Origin: Patescibacteria group bacterium
Lineage (GTDB): Bacteria > Patescibacteriota > Minisyncoccia > Ryanbacterales > GWA2-47-10b
Length of the DNA stretch: 64,000 nt
Direction of reading: 5' to 3'
NCBI GenBank assembly: GCA_038065475.1
Contig: JBBTQY010000001.1
Coordinates: forward strand, 26,145 to 90,144
The notes below the pieces were generated by a model. It was not told where the DNA came from and did no database searches. It saw only the letters and a list, made by a program, of their open reading frames with translations. Within the stretch, counting starts at the first letter, position 1. Every line of letters begins with the position of its first letter. Of the stretch, positions 29,196-37,921 are shown one piece after another. The translations under genes were made by a program, and so were the position numbers.

Positions 29196-29984
29196 ATGCA
29201 AAGCTATTTTATCGCAACGCTTTTAGGACTCATACAGGGGTTTACTGAATTTCTTCCCGTCTCCTCTACTGGGCATCTCATCGTTTTTGAAAACTTTTTT
29301 GGCATTGCCGCCTCAGATGCCGTGCCGTTTGATGTAGCGGTACACTTGGCCACCGTACTTGCCGTCATCTGGTACTTTCGTGCCGATTGGATACATCTGG
29401 TCAAATCATTTACTTCACGCATTGATACGCGCGGTAGGCAGCTGTTGCTAAATATTATTTTGGGTACGATACCTGCGGGTATTGCGGGTATTTTATTTGA
29501 AGAAACCATCACCAATACTTTTCGCACACAAATGGCGGTCGCCATAGGACTGATTGCGGGTAGCGCACTCATTGCTGGCGCCGAATATATGCGCCATCGC
29601 AAAAATCGCGACAGCGGCATGATCTTGCCCTATGAGGGCTTTATCATTGGTATTTTTCAGGCGATCGCTCTCTTTCCAGGCATTTCGCGCTCAGGGGCGA
29701 CTATCTCTGGTGGATTGCTCTTGGGTAAAACGCGCACCGAAGCTACTCATTTTTCTTTTTTGCTCTCAACGCCCATCATTTTGGCGGCGGGCCTCAGAAC
29801 GCTTGCCAGCAAACCTGAAATCATCATCACAGGCCCCAATATTTTTGGATTTATCGCCGCGTTTATCTCTGCTATTGCCGCCATCAATCTCATCAGCCGC
29901 ATTGCCGAGCGCTCAACACTCATGCCGTTCGTCTACTATCGCCTCGCACTCGCGGGGGTGATTATTCTCTCCTTGACTTTTTAG
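29196..29984 (+). CDS. uppP: Undecaprenyl-diphosphate phosphatase
   Basis: QGFTEFLPVSSTGHL, PGISRSGATI, FSFLLS, FVYYR. Confidence 0.96.
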   Translation: MQSYFIATLLGLIQGFTEFLPVSSTGHLIVFENFFGIAASDAVPFDVAVHLATVLAVIWYFRADWIHLVKSFTSRIDTRGRQLLLNIILGTIPAGIAGILFEETITNTFRTQMAVAIGLIAGSALIAGAEYMRHRKNRDSGMILPYEGFIIGIFQAIALFPGISRSGATISGGLLLGKTRTEATHFSFLLSTPIILAAGLRTLASKPEIIITGPNIFGFIAAFISAIAAINLISRIAERSTLMPFVYYRLALAGVIILSLTF

Positions 29985-30048
29985 ATAAAAGTTGTAAAAA
30001 TATTTCCAGCTCCAAACGTCCTTCCACGCAAACAAAAGGAGAACACGC

Positions 30049-30558
30049 GTGACCGATGAAGACAATATCAAGCCGAAGTTCCTCACGAAAGACGTTGCGG
30101 AAACCGCCACCGATAGGGTCATCGCGATGGCCACACGCGACTTCCCCCTCAAGCGACAAGACTGCCACATCGTGGTGCTCGCTCCGTCTATGGAACAAGA
30201 CTCCATGTGGCCGAACTACAACATCACACCATTCGTCCTCTACGAGAAAAGCGTCGGCGCAAGAAGTGAATGGCAACACTCTTACGACGTGATTGCACGG
30301 CGCAAAGCGGCGCAACTCTGGCAAGAGCGCAACGACGGCCGCACCGACTGCATGCCGCATCTGCTCTTCCCCGGTGACACGCCCTACTGGGGTGGCGTGG
30401 AGCGAGATGGCATCGTCGTCGCCTGCTCCGGCTTCCAAGCCTGGTTCGATAAAATGGTCGCTGGCATGATCGCCGATGCATGCATCGCACTCGCCTACAA
30501 TCTCTGGGTGGAAAGCGACGACAAGCGCAAGGGTCTCGACTTCCTCTCACGATTCTGA
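30049..30558 (+). CDS. Hypothetical protein, possibly GlcG/HbpS-like
   Basis: AAGGAG SD + GTG; IARRKA and WGGV..DGIVVACSG....D motif. Confidence 0.6.
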   Translation: MTDEDNIKPKFLTKDVAETATDRVIAMATRDFPLKRQDCHIVVLAPSMEQDSMWPNYNITPFVLYEKSVGARSEWQHSYDVIARRKAAQLWQERNDGRTDCMPHLLFPGDTPYWGGVERDGIVVACSGFQAWFDKMVAGMIADACIALAYNLWVESDDKRKGLDFLSRF

Positions 30559-30570
30559 CCAACACACCAA

Positions 30571-30601
30571 CCTCGCCACGAACCGTGGCGAGGGCTTTTT
30601 T
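30571..30601 (+). terminator. Intrinsic terminator
   Basis: cctcgccacg-aac-cgtggcgagg followed by a T-tract. Confidence 0.8.
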
Positions 30602-31211
30602 ATTTATTTCGTTTTTTATGCGCCAAATACTCGCGCCCTATGTGAAATACACCCGGCAGCATTGAGATAGTAATGATGACTAAAATAATTGGCAGTAGAT
30701 ACTGATCGACACCGGGTACAAATGCACCCAAGAAATACCCGAGAAGCGGCATGCCAATAGCCCACAACACTGCGCCGACAACATTGTAAAACAAAAAAGT
30801 TGGGTAATGCATATGGCCCACGCCCGCAACAATGGGCGCAAACGTACGAATCACGGGCGTGAAGCGCGCAAGCACCAAGGTCTTGGGCCCATGCTCTTTG
30901 AAAAATGCCTCGGCACGACGCACATGATCTTTGTGAAAGAAAATAGAATCTTCTTTTTTGAAAATGTGCGGCCCCACTCGCCTGCCAAACGCATAGCCTA
31001 CGTTGTCACCCAAGATTGCCGCTGAAAACACAAGCGGCACCAGAAACCAGATATTGAGAAAATCTTGCGAGGCCAAAAATCCTGCGGTAAAGAGCAATGA
31101 ATCACCTGGTAGAAAAAAACCTATGAAGAGGCCTGATTCGGCAAAGACAATAAAAAACAAACCGATATATCCGGCTGTCTTGATTAAAAATACAGGCTCG
31201 AGAAAACTCAT
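30600..31211 (-). CDS. dedA: DedA-family membrane protein
   Basis: FAESGLFIGFFLPGDSLLF, GDNVGY, ARFTPVIRTFAP. Confidence 0.93.
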   Translation of the reverse strand: MSFLEPVFLIKTAGYIGLFFIVFAESGLFIGFFLPGDSLLFTAGFLASQDFLNIWFLVPLVFSAAILGDNVGYAFGRRVGPHIFKKEDSIFFHKDHVRRAEAFFKEHGPKTLVLARFTPVIRTFAPIVAGVGHMHYPTFLFYNVVGAVLWAIGMPLLGYFLGAFVPGVDQYLLPIILVIITISMLPGVFHIGREYLAHKKRNK

Positions 31212-31283
31212 AGAGTTACTGAGCTTAGTGTAGCAGGAAAATACTTTCGTAAAAAAGAAAAAAGCGGCGGGTGAACCCGGCCG

Positions 31284-31811
31284 CTACGGCAACGTGCAAA
31301 TGGCGATGATGAACACCACGTAGTGTGCTGTGAGCATGCCGCCGGGTACGACACCCAGCGCCTTGAGCCTTGCATCGTATGTCTGACACCCCTTCGCTTG
31401 ATATTCTCGATAACTCGACGGAATGAAGAGAGCGCCCAAGAGCGCACCCGCCACCGTGATACCGAGAGCAAACTGCGGCGCCGTCCAGAAGAGAAAGGTG
31501 GGCCACACAAGCACGATCAAGCTGATAGTGCCCATGACGAGCGCTGGCCGCAAGATACGCCAGCATGTTGCGATGAATGCCGCTGTAGCCCTGCGGGGCC
31601 GCGTGATGTACTGGCGTCGAGCATAGCGAAGTACCTTCTTGCCCCGGCGCCAACCATGGCGCAGAGGAATTCGCATCACACGAAACGGTCGCGTAACCCA
31701 TGTATGCCGTAGTGAATGGTTGTCTGCCATCCAGACAAAACCTCCAAACACCGCACACGCCATGGCAGCTGCAAGTATCAACCCGAACCCCCAAAAGAAC
31801 GTTGGCTTCAC
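31284..31811 (-). CDS. Hypothetical multi-TM protein with an Arg-rich loop
   Basis: AGGAGG SD + TTG; hairpin with U-tract directly after the stop. Confidence 0.65.
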   Translation of the reverse strand: MKPTFFWGFGLILAAAMACAVFGGFVWMADNHSLRHTWVTRPFRVMRIPLRHGWRRGKKVLRYARRQYITRPRRATAAFIATCWRILRPALVMGTISLIVLVWPTFLFWTAPQFALGITVAGALLGALFIPSSYREYQAKGCQTYDARLKALGVVPGGMLTAHYVVFIIAICTLP

Positions 31812-31866
31812 AAGAGACCTCCTCGGTTAGGTAATCTGTGTTAGAGGTTAGCAAAAAATCTATAGT

Positions 31867-31902
31867 AAAACAAAAACCCTCGCATGCGAGGGTTTTTGTT
31901 TT
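31867..31902. terminator. 36-bp perfect palindrome, terminator of the CxxC gene
   Basis: aaaacaaaaaccctcgca|tgcgagggtttttgtttt. Confidence 0.8.
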
Positions 31903-31910
31903 GTTACCGC

Positions 31911-32114
31911 TTAGCGGCGGAAGCCGCCTCCACCACCACCTGTGCGAGGTTGGCGATTGCGGTTACAGTCGCGGCAGAAGATGCGGCCGTAAGTTCCATC
32001 ATCACGCTTTGTGGGCGCAAACGGAAGCTCGGTCACAGCGTTGCCACAGCTTGCGCACGTGATTCCCAATGATGTGACATCGTGAATCTGGCGCGCTGGT
32101 CGTTGCATATCCAT
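31911..32114 (-). CDS. CxxC-x17-CxxC-type zinc-ribbon protein
   Basis: CASCG...ELPFAP...IFCRDC with Gly/Arg-rich tail. Confidence 0.85.
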   Translation of the reverse strand: MDMQRPARQIHDVTSLGITCASCGNAVTELPFAPTKRDDGTYGRIFCRDCNRNRQPRTGGGGGGFRR

Positions 32115-32244
32115 GTGAATGTGCCGTTGCCTAGTTTTCTTTATAATCTCTCCTTCCGGCTAGGCAAACGACTTCTTGTTTCTCAAACTCTGAAAATTGC
32201 CTAATCGTTGAGTGCATTCATTGTGCCACCCACACCCAGAGAGG

Positions 32245-32835
32245 TCAAACACCAACGTGCACAAGTGCAAGAAGTGCCCAGATACCAATCGTATTGAGCA
32301 CGAAAGATATGATTAAAAATGTTTTATTACTCATGCGCGAGAGACCTAAAAGCCCTACGCCCAGCTCGTCCGGTAGCGGTGAGGCAACAATAATTGCGCC
32401 GATAACGGGCGTAATCATACTAAAATAGCGCGAACGAAATACGTGCAAAATATGGAACCTCTTTATACCACCGAAAAGATGTTTGAGATCTTCTGCGAGG
32501 CCGTCTCGTACAAATCGAAAGATAAAATAATCACCTAGCGAGGCACCAAAACCCGCGCATAAGGCAGTTAGAAATATACTATCAAGCTCGCTACCCAAGA
32601 GTATCAACGCCGCCGATGCGGGTATGACAGTAAATGAGCTTACAAACGCCATCCCTACAGCAAACACGCTTATATACCCATACCCGTCAATATGCGTAAT
32701 AACATATTGAAAAATGTGTGCCTGCCAAAACGCCCACGTCAGCACAACGCTCGCAAGAAATGCGGTAACGTTATGATAAATATACCGATGATGATTATTT
32801 GACTTCATTGGGTTTTTTCTGCCACAAAAGGGCAC
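32245..32835 (-). CDS. VTT/DedA-like membrane protein (start may be 32808)
   Basis: GASLGDYFIFRF, IVASPLPDELG. Confidence 0.75.
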   Translation of the reverse strand: MPFCGRKNPMKSNNHHRYIYHNVTAFLASVVLTWAFWQAHIFQYVITHIDGYGYISVFAVGMAFVSSFTVIPASAALILLGSELDSIFLTALCAGFGASLGDYFIFRFVRDGLAEDLKHLFGGIKRFHILHVFRSRYFSMITPVIGAIIVASPLPDELGVGLLGLSRMSNKTFLIISFVLNTIGIWALLALVHVGV

Positions 32836-33013
32836 GACTCAGCACCATACCTACCGCAACACCTATCAAAAATCCACCGATAGCGGCAGGTGTTTGTAAT
32901 GGTACTGCAGCCACTGGGGGCTCTTCGTGCGGTTCATCAGACGCGTGCGCACTCAGAGTCAACGGCACCGCAAGTACCGTCACCATAAAACATACGCCAA
33001 AAAACTTTTTCAT
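32795..33013 (-). CDS. Small membrane protein
   Basis: Signal ending LSAH plus C-terminal TM helix; overlaps neighbours. Confidence 0.6.
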   Translation of the reverse strand: MKKFFGVCFMVTVLAVPLTLSAHASDEPHEEPPVAAVPLQTPAAIGGFLIGVAVGMVLSRALLWQKKPNEVK

Positions 33014-33525
33014 AGTATTTTTTTATAGACAACAAAGCGCGCGAATACAAATCCAACTATCAAGCCGGCTATCGCAGCGTAAATCAAAGCGATAGCATCA
33101 CTCGCCTGCTCTCGAGGCTGTATGTCGAGCAAATAATCTTCAGCGTGAAAGATTTTTTTAGGCTCATCCGCAAACGCAAAATCAATATAGATCTCATGAA
33201 ATCCTTCTTCGGTAAAATCATAGGTATACCCCACGGTCGAGCGTTCAGCTTTGATGTCGCGTTCTTCAAAAATAAATTGCGGCTCGTCCCCCGGGCTTGC
33301 GAGTCGCGCTACACGTATATGCATAATTGCATCGTGATCAAGTACATTGCCTGACTTGATGTCTGATATTGAGATAAGAAGCTTGGTGGGTGTGCCTACA
33401 CGCGGTGTGAATGGCGCGCGCGACATGGTGACAATATATTTGCCATCAACCACACGCTGCTCGCCACCATGCGCACCCGCCAAAAACGGCAGAACAAAAA
33501 ATAGCGCGAAAAATATTTTTTTCAT
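33010..33525 (-). CDS. Surface Ig-like (YtkA-like) protein with C-terminal TM anchor
   Basis: Signal ending AGA-H, beta-rich body, YDFTEEGFHEI. Confidence 0.6.
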   Translation of the reverse strand: MKKIFFALFFVLPFLAGAHGGEQRVVDGKYIVTMSRAPFTPRVGTPTKLLISISDIKSGNVLDHDAIMHIRVARLASPGDEPQFIFEERDIKAERSTVGYTYDFTEEGFHEIYIDFAFADEPKKIFHAEDYLLDIQPREQASDAIALIYAAIAGLIVGFVFARFVVYKKIL

Positions 33526-34181
33526 TAGTATTCCTTGCCCGTCATCTGGGGCACATATTCGGGGCCCTTATCACGATAGCGATCAATGAAATCTTGTACG
33601 CGCACAGCATCAAAACTGCCATCGGCATTGAGATTGAACGTATCGAGCCGATTCCATGCAGCCAAAGCTACGTCAGTTTCATTAGCATTTCTGATGCTTA
33701 CTACTATGCGCACATTGTCACGTGCGATTGCCTTGAGTGCCTCTTTGGTGCTCTCGGGAATACTTGATTTATAGGAAATCCAAATGCGACCGTGCTCGAG
33801 CGAATGCACTACGCCCTCTTCGGGCAATTCTTTGTCATAAACCCCGTCACGCTGAGGGTCGGGCCAGTGCGGGCCTGATGTGGGCGGGTTTGATTTCCAA
33901 GTGGTTGTCTTTTCACCTTCTGTTGTATGATCGCTTCCAGCATCTTCAGTAGCGCGCGAATAATCAGTACCCAATTCACGAGCCTCTGGCAATGAACGGT
34001 AGATAAAATACCCGCCAGAGACAACAAGCAATACAATCAAAACCCAAAAGCCAATCTTTTTTGCTTTGCGCATTTGTACGCGGCGCAGCGCTGCGGCATC
34101 ACGCGCGGCGCGCTCTGCCATGCGCTGGTCTTTTTTAGTTGGCCCCTCTGCTATTTGAGGTTGTATTTGCTCATCTTCCAT
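33525..34181 (-). CDS. DUF3105 domain protein
   Basis: SNPPTSGPHW, VHSLEHGRIWISY, ALAAW, GPE. Confidence 0.9.
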   Translation of the reverse strand: MEDEQIQPQIAEGPTKKDQRMAERAARDAAALRRVQMRKAKKIGFWVLIVLLVVSGGYFIYRSLPEARELGTDYSRATEDAGSDHTTEGEKTTTWKSNPPTSGPHWPDPQRDGVYDKELPEEGVVHSLEHGRIWISYKSSIPESTKEALKAIARDNVRIVVSIRNANETDVALAAWNRLDTFNLNADGSFDAVRVQDFIDRYRDKGPEYVPQMTGKEY

Positions 34182-34199
34182 AGAAACCAGTATATAAAA

Positions 34200-34991
34200 T
34201 CACGGGCCGAAAAGCGAGTTTTGCTTTTTGACTCTTGGTTTTTTGCCAAGCGGCTTCAAGGCCTTTTCTGCCTCAGCGCGATACAAGCAATATTGGCAAC
34301 CGCCGCCTGATGGTGGCAACTCGTCGCCGGAAAACGCTTGATGAATAGCTTTGATGGTGCCTTCAAGCCATGAGTCATCGCCTATGTACGGGATAATCTT
34401 TACATCAAATTCAAGCTTGGCATCAAACGCCGCGCGGTCACGCTTGCCATTGGCGTACACAAAATAACCAGTATTGGAAACTTTGAAACCAACGCGACGC
34501 AACAACCACTGATAGATCTCCATCTGACGCTTATAGCCATCTTGCCATTCGGCATCAAGAGTTACCTCGGTATCTTTGCTGGTAGCTTTGTAATCAACCA
34601 CGTGGAGTTCGCCCTTGGGGTTTACCCAAATATCATCAACGGCTCCTGTGATAATAAAGTTGGTCGGCTCGTGATGATACTGCACTCCCACAAAGTTCTC
34701 GCGCCACCTGTCTATCTCCGGGTGATCAAAAGGAATAGCATCAACACCATAATGTTCCATGAGCGGATGCGCGTTGCCACGCGCCCGATGCACATCAAAT
34801 TCTTTTTTGAGCAAATGATCAACCGCGCTGTTGAGATTAAATGGATACCCATCAGGCTCGGAGACACCCAAACGCCTATCAAGATATGAACAGCGCGGGC
34901 AGCGCATATAATTTTCGATCTTTGAGCGCGAGAGTCGAAAAGGAGCCGAAGATTTGGGATCGTAAATATTTGATCTACGCCTGACAGCCAT
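34200..34991 (-). CDS. PD-(D/E)XK nuclease (AddB/RecB-like, Cys-containing)
   Basis: LSRSKI..CPRC, GAVDD, VVDYKAT, QMEIYQWL, CQYC. Confidence 0.88.
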   Translation of the reverse strand: MAVRRRSNIYDPKSSAPFRLSRSKIENYMRCPRCSYLDRRLGVSEPDGYPFNLNSAVDHLLKKEFDVHRARGNAHPLMEHYGVDAIPFDHPEIDRWRENFVGVQYHHEPTNFIITGAVDDIWVNPKGELHVVDYKATSKDTEVTLDAEWQDGYKRQMEIYQWLLRRVGFKVSNTGYFVYANGKRDRAAFDAKLEFDVKIIPYIGDDSWLEGTIKAIHQAFSGDELPPSGGGCQYCLYRAEAEKALKPLGKKPRVKKQNSLFGP

Positions 34992-35458
34992 TAGATTGAT
35001 TTTTGATCAGCCAATACTTGATCTGCATGCTCTTTGGGTTTTACCTCACTATACATCTTGGCGATCTTGCCCTCAGGATTTATGAGAAACGACATACGCC
35101 TCGTACCCATATACGTGCGCCCCATAAATTTCTTCTCACCCCACACACCATACGCCTCTACCATTTTTTTGTCAGTATCGGCTAAAAGTGGAAATGGCAA
35201 CTGATACTTTCGGGCAAATTTTTCATGCGAAGTAATCGAGTCAGTGGATACTCCCAATATCGCTATCTTTGATTTTTTAAAATCAGTAAAACTATCACGA
35301 ATAGTACACGCCTCGGTGGTGCATCCCGGAGTATCGTCTTTGGGATAGAAATAAATCAGCAACCACTTGCCCACATAATCTTTGAGCGAGTGGTTGGTGC
35401 CCGACTGATCGGGCAAATTAAATGCTGGCGCTTTAGATCCTTCTTTGAGTTGTGCCAT
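34991..35458 (-). CDS. bcp: Peroxiredoxin Bcp/PrxQ
   Basis: YFYPKDDTPGCTTEAC. Confidence 0.95.
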   Translation of the reverse strand: MAQLKEGSKAPAFNLPDQSGTNHSLKDYVGKWLLIYFYPKDDTPGCTTEACTIRDSFTDFKKSKIAILGVSTDSITSHEKFARKYQLPFPLLADTDKKMVEAYGVWGEKKFMGRTYMGTRRMSFLINPEGKIAKMYSEVKPKEHADQVLADQKSI

Positions 35459-35463
35459 GCTCC

Positions 35464-35661
35464 TTAGTGTAGCGAGATCAGCGAAGAAAACCAACCCGAG
35501 CGAATACCGCTACGCTCAAGACGTGCGAGCTGCCTCGTGAGCATGCGATGACGCTCAGCATCTTTGCGATATGGTCTGCCGCGTAAGATCTTGATATCAA
35601 TGCGATCATTGACCCGGCCAATCTCGTGAACGATGCTTTTGTGAAGTTGTGTTTTGCTCAT
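35464..35661 (-). CDS. Small basic hypothetical protein
   Basis: 65 aa, 9 nt after the lexA stop. Confidence 0.65.
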   Translation of the reverse strand: MSKTQLHKSIVHEIGRVNDRIDIKILRGRPYRKDAERHRMLTRQLARLERSGIRSGWFSSLISLH

Positions 35662-35670
35662 ATAGATGGG

Positions 35671-36240
35671 TTAGCGATATTTTCTGATAATGCCGGTTAC
35701 GACCGCGCCGATGTTGAGTGATTCTTCGGCAAATATTGGTTTGAAATTTCTATTTGCAGGCTCGAGATACGTAGCACCATTTTTCTTGCGTAAATATTTC
35801 ATGGTCCATCCGCCATCAACTTCAGCTATGACGATATCTCCCTCTTTCGCGGCTCTACCGTGCTCTGCTACTACCAAATCACCATCGCGTATACCTGCCT
35901 CAATCATCGAATCGCCTTTTACAGTCAGTACATACGTATGTTCGCGATTTCTGATCAAAAGTTGATCGATACTGATCATTTCGGCTGCTTCTTCGGCGAG
36001 CGACGGGATGCCAGCTTCTACTACACCAAGCATTTTAACTTCACCGAGCATGCTGGTGGGCACCAGGCGCCCTTGCGAATCTTTGTCGAGCACGCCCATC
36101 CCTATCAATTTATCAACTACTTTGGAGACAGCGTTTTTTGATTTGAAGCCCAATATGGCAGCAATCTCGCCATAACTTGGCATGCGCCGATTGCCTTCAT
36201 AAAAGTTTAAAATTTTTGATTTGTAACGCTCAATACTCAT
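35671..36240 (-). CDS. lexA: LexA repressor (S24 autopeptidase)
   Basis: MPSYGEIA..GFKSKNAV wHTH, VEAG cleavage site, VKGDSM, TMKY. Confidence 0.92.
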   Translation of the reverse strand: MSIERYKSKILNFYEGNRRMPSYGEIAAILGFKSKNAVSKVVDKLIGMGVLDKDSQGRLVPTSMLGEVKMLGVVEAGIPSLAEEAAEMISIDQLLIRNREHTYVLTVKGDSMIEAGIRDGDLVVAEHGRAAKEGDIVIAEVDGGWTMKYLRKKNGATYLEPANRNFKPIFAEESLNIGAVVTGIIRKYR

Positions 36241-36246
36241 GCAATT

Positions 36247-36276
36247 ATCATAAGTGAACGGTCGTTCACCGCGCAA
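36247..36276 (-). promoter_or_regulatory. lexA promoter with a palindromic SOS box in the spacer
   Basis: TTGCGC-18 nt-TATGAT-6 nt-ATG; GTGAAC-GGTC-GTTCAC at 36254-36269. Confidence 0.8.
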
Positions 36277-36380
36277 GACGTAACACACAAAAAGTTGTGG
36301 ACAACTGCGTGTATCTTTACAAAAAAGCTCATGTGTGATTTGGTAAAGAAGAACCGCAACTTACAACGAAAGGAGCAGCG

Positions 36381-36497
36381 ATGCCTCACACAGATAGAGA
36401 ATCAGGCTCACCGTACGTGCGGCTCGCCGCCATTGTACTGGGAGTAGTGGTAGTTGCCTGTGTGGCTACTAGGGTCATCATGGCATTTGTGCGCTAG
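36381..36497 (+). CDS. 38-aa single-TM peptide
   Basis: AAGGAG SD; MPHTDRESGSPYVRLAAIVLGVVVVACVATRVIMAFVR. Confidence 0.6.
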   Translation: MPHTDRESGSPYVRLAAIVLGVVVVACVATRVIMAFVR

Positions 36498-36505
36498 GAG
36501 GAGAG

Positions 36506-36730
36506 ATGGCCGCAAAGGTCGTAAAACTCAATCCGGATCGATTTCGCCCCAAGCACGCCTCTGGCAAACCGAAGAGATGGAAACCCGTCAGCAACATGGT
36601 GGCGCGACGCAAGAAAGCCAAAGCGACAAAAGGCAGAGAGTTCTTTCTCTATGTACTGATCGCAGCACTCGTGTGCCTGATCCTTTCTGGCGTCACTCGA
36701 GATCTCTTTCCCCCGCTGTTCGGCCGCTGA
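36506..36730 (+). CDS. 74-aa basic single-TM protein
   Basis: AGGAGG SD; K/R-rich N-terminus followed by a TM helix. Confidence 0.7.
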   Translation: MAAKVVKLNPDRFRPKHASGKPKRWKPVSNMVARRKKAKATKGREFFLYVLIAALVCLILSGVTRDLFPPLFGR

Positions 36731-36751
36731 TATATCACGGAGGACAATCGG

Positions 36752-36856
36752 ATGCACAAAGCGTACATTGTACCTTTGGTGATCGTCGTTGTCGGCTTCC
36801 TCTGGGTGAGACACGACTCGCGGCCGAGAGGCAAACGCGACGAGAATGACTCGTGA
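36752..36856 (+). CDS. 34-aa single-TM peptide
   Basis: GGAGG SD; MHKAYIVPLVIVVVGFLWVRHDSRPRGKRDENDS. Confidence 0.6.
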   Translation: MHKAYIVPLVIVVVGFLWVRHDSRPRGKRDENDS

Positions 36857-36951
36857 CTCTCGCAATGTGGGCAATGCTGTGCGCCACGACAGCGCAAGCA
36901 GCACTGCTCATCTACGCTTTCGTGAAAGACTGGCGCGACCCGCCGCCCTGA
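36853..36951 (+). CDS. 32-aa hydrophobic peptide
   Basis: GTGA overlap with the previous stop; MTLAMWAMLCATTAQAALLIYAFVKDWRDPPP; stop abuts the terminator. Confidence 0.45.
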   Translation: MTLAMWAMLCATTAQAALLIYAFVKDWRDPPP

Positions 36952-36984
36952 CCCCCAAGCACTCGATGCTTGGGGGGATTTTTT
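36952..36984 (+). terminator. Intrinsic terminator
   Basis: cccccaagca-ctcga-tgcttggggg followed by a T-tract. Confidence 0.8.
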
Positions 36985-37013
36985 ATTCAGTATAAAATTC
37001 AGTATGTAGTTTT

Positions 37014-37184
37014 TCAGCGGCGATATAACGTAGCGAGATTTTCGCCCTCGAGCTGCAAGGCTACAGCTTCTTCGATATTCTTTGCAAGCTCATCGAGCGT
37101 AGACGCCTCTGTCACAACAGGCAAATCAACCCCTTCCGCCACATAAGAGTGTTCACCGCGCGTGATACGAAATTGGATGATATT
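37014..37184 (-). pseudogene. HicB-like antitoxin remnant
   Basis: NIIQFRITRGEHSYVAEGVDLPVVTEASTLDELAKNIEEAVALQLEGE; in-frame TAA directly upstream, no start codon, no hicA. Confidence 0.7.
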
Positions 37185-37299
37185 TTAATAACACAGTGCC
37201 TCTACGTAGACAAACAGCTATTTATATGGTACTAATAATACGAATTTGATCTTCAACAACGAGAACGAAAGTTCTCCTGACGGGAAAGGAAACACGAAA

Positions 37300-37866
37300 A
37301 TGAAAACGCAAAACGGACGACCGACCTGCAAGACAAACCTCTGGGCAGCGATCAACCACACGGCGATCCTACTCGCCTTCATCATCGGCTTCATCGCCGG
37401 CAGCATCGCCACCGCGCATGCCGAGGCGCTATGCCGACCCAAGAGCGGAGTAGCCGTGCGTGTGCGTACCGAATGCAAGAAGCAGGAAGTGCAGCTCGAC
37501 CCGATCACCCTCGGCCTGCAAGGCCCTGCTGGCCCCACCGGCCCGCAAGGTCCTGAAGGAATACTGCCAGCGGGCTTCCTCCCAACTCCGGCATTCGACA
37601 GCGGCTGGATCGAACTACCGAACCATGGCGCGGTCATCGATGTACCACACAACGTCGGAGGAGATTACAACGACTACTTCATCGAAGCCAGCTACAGACG
37701 GCCCGCTGAAAACGGTACGCTGAAATCTCATCAAACCGCAGCGGATGTTATCTGGTGGGAAGACGTGACACCAAATAACATCCAAATCGTCACAAATGGA
37801 GATGTGACGAACAACTTCGATGCAGCGCGTATCAGAATCTGGATCATTCACCAGGGCCAGCCCTGA
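37300..37866 (+). CDS. Secreted protein with a short collagen-like repeat and tail-fibre-like C-terminus
   Basis: Signal ending AHA, Cys pair, GLQGPAGPTGPQGPEG, PAFDSGW...VPHNVGG...RIRIW. Confidence 0.7.
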   Translation: MKTQNGRPTCKTNLWAAINHTAILLAFIIGFIAGSIATAHAEALCRPKSGVAVRVRTECKKQEVQLDPITLGLQGPAGPTGPQGPEGILPAGFLPTPAFDSGWIELPNHGAVIDVPHNVGGDYNDYFIEASYRRPAENGTLKSHQTAADVIWWEDVTPNNIQIVTNGDVTNNFDAARIRIWIIHQGQP

Positions 37867-37888
37867 CCATCGCGCACAGTGCGACACA

Positions 37889-37921
37889 CGCCAACCGGCA
37901 ATACCGGCTGGCGATTTTTTT
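37889..37921 (+). terminator. Intrinsic terminator
   Basis: cgccaaccgg-caata-ccggctggcg followed by a T-tract. Confidence 0.7.

Noticed and set aside
34200-34991. Cas4/CRISPR system
   Set aside because: Cys-containing PD-(D/E)XK nuclease, but no repeat-spacer array or other cas gene is visible
36381-36730. Flp/type IV prepilins
   Set aside because: Basic leader, Gly and hydrophobic helix are present, but the conserved Glu at +5 is missing
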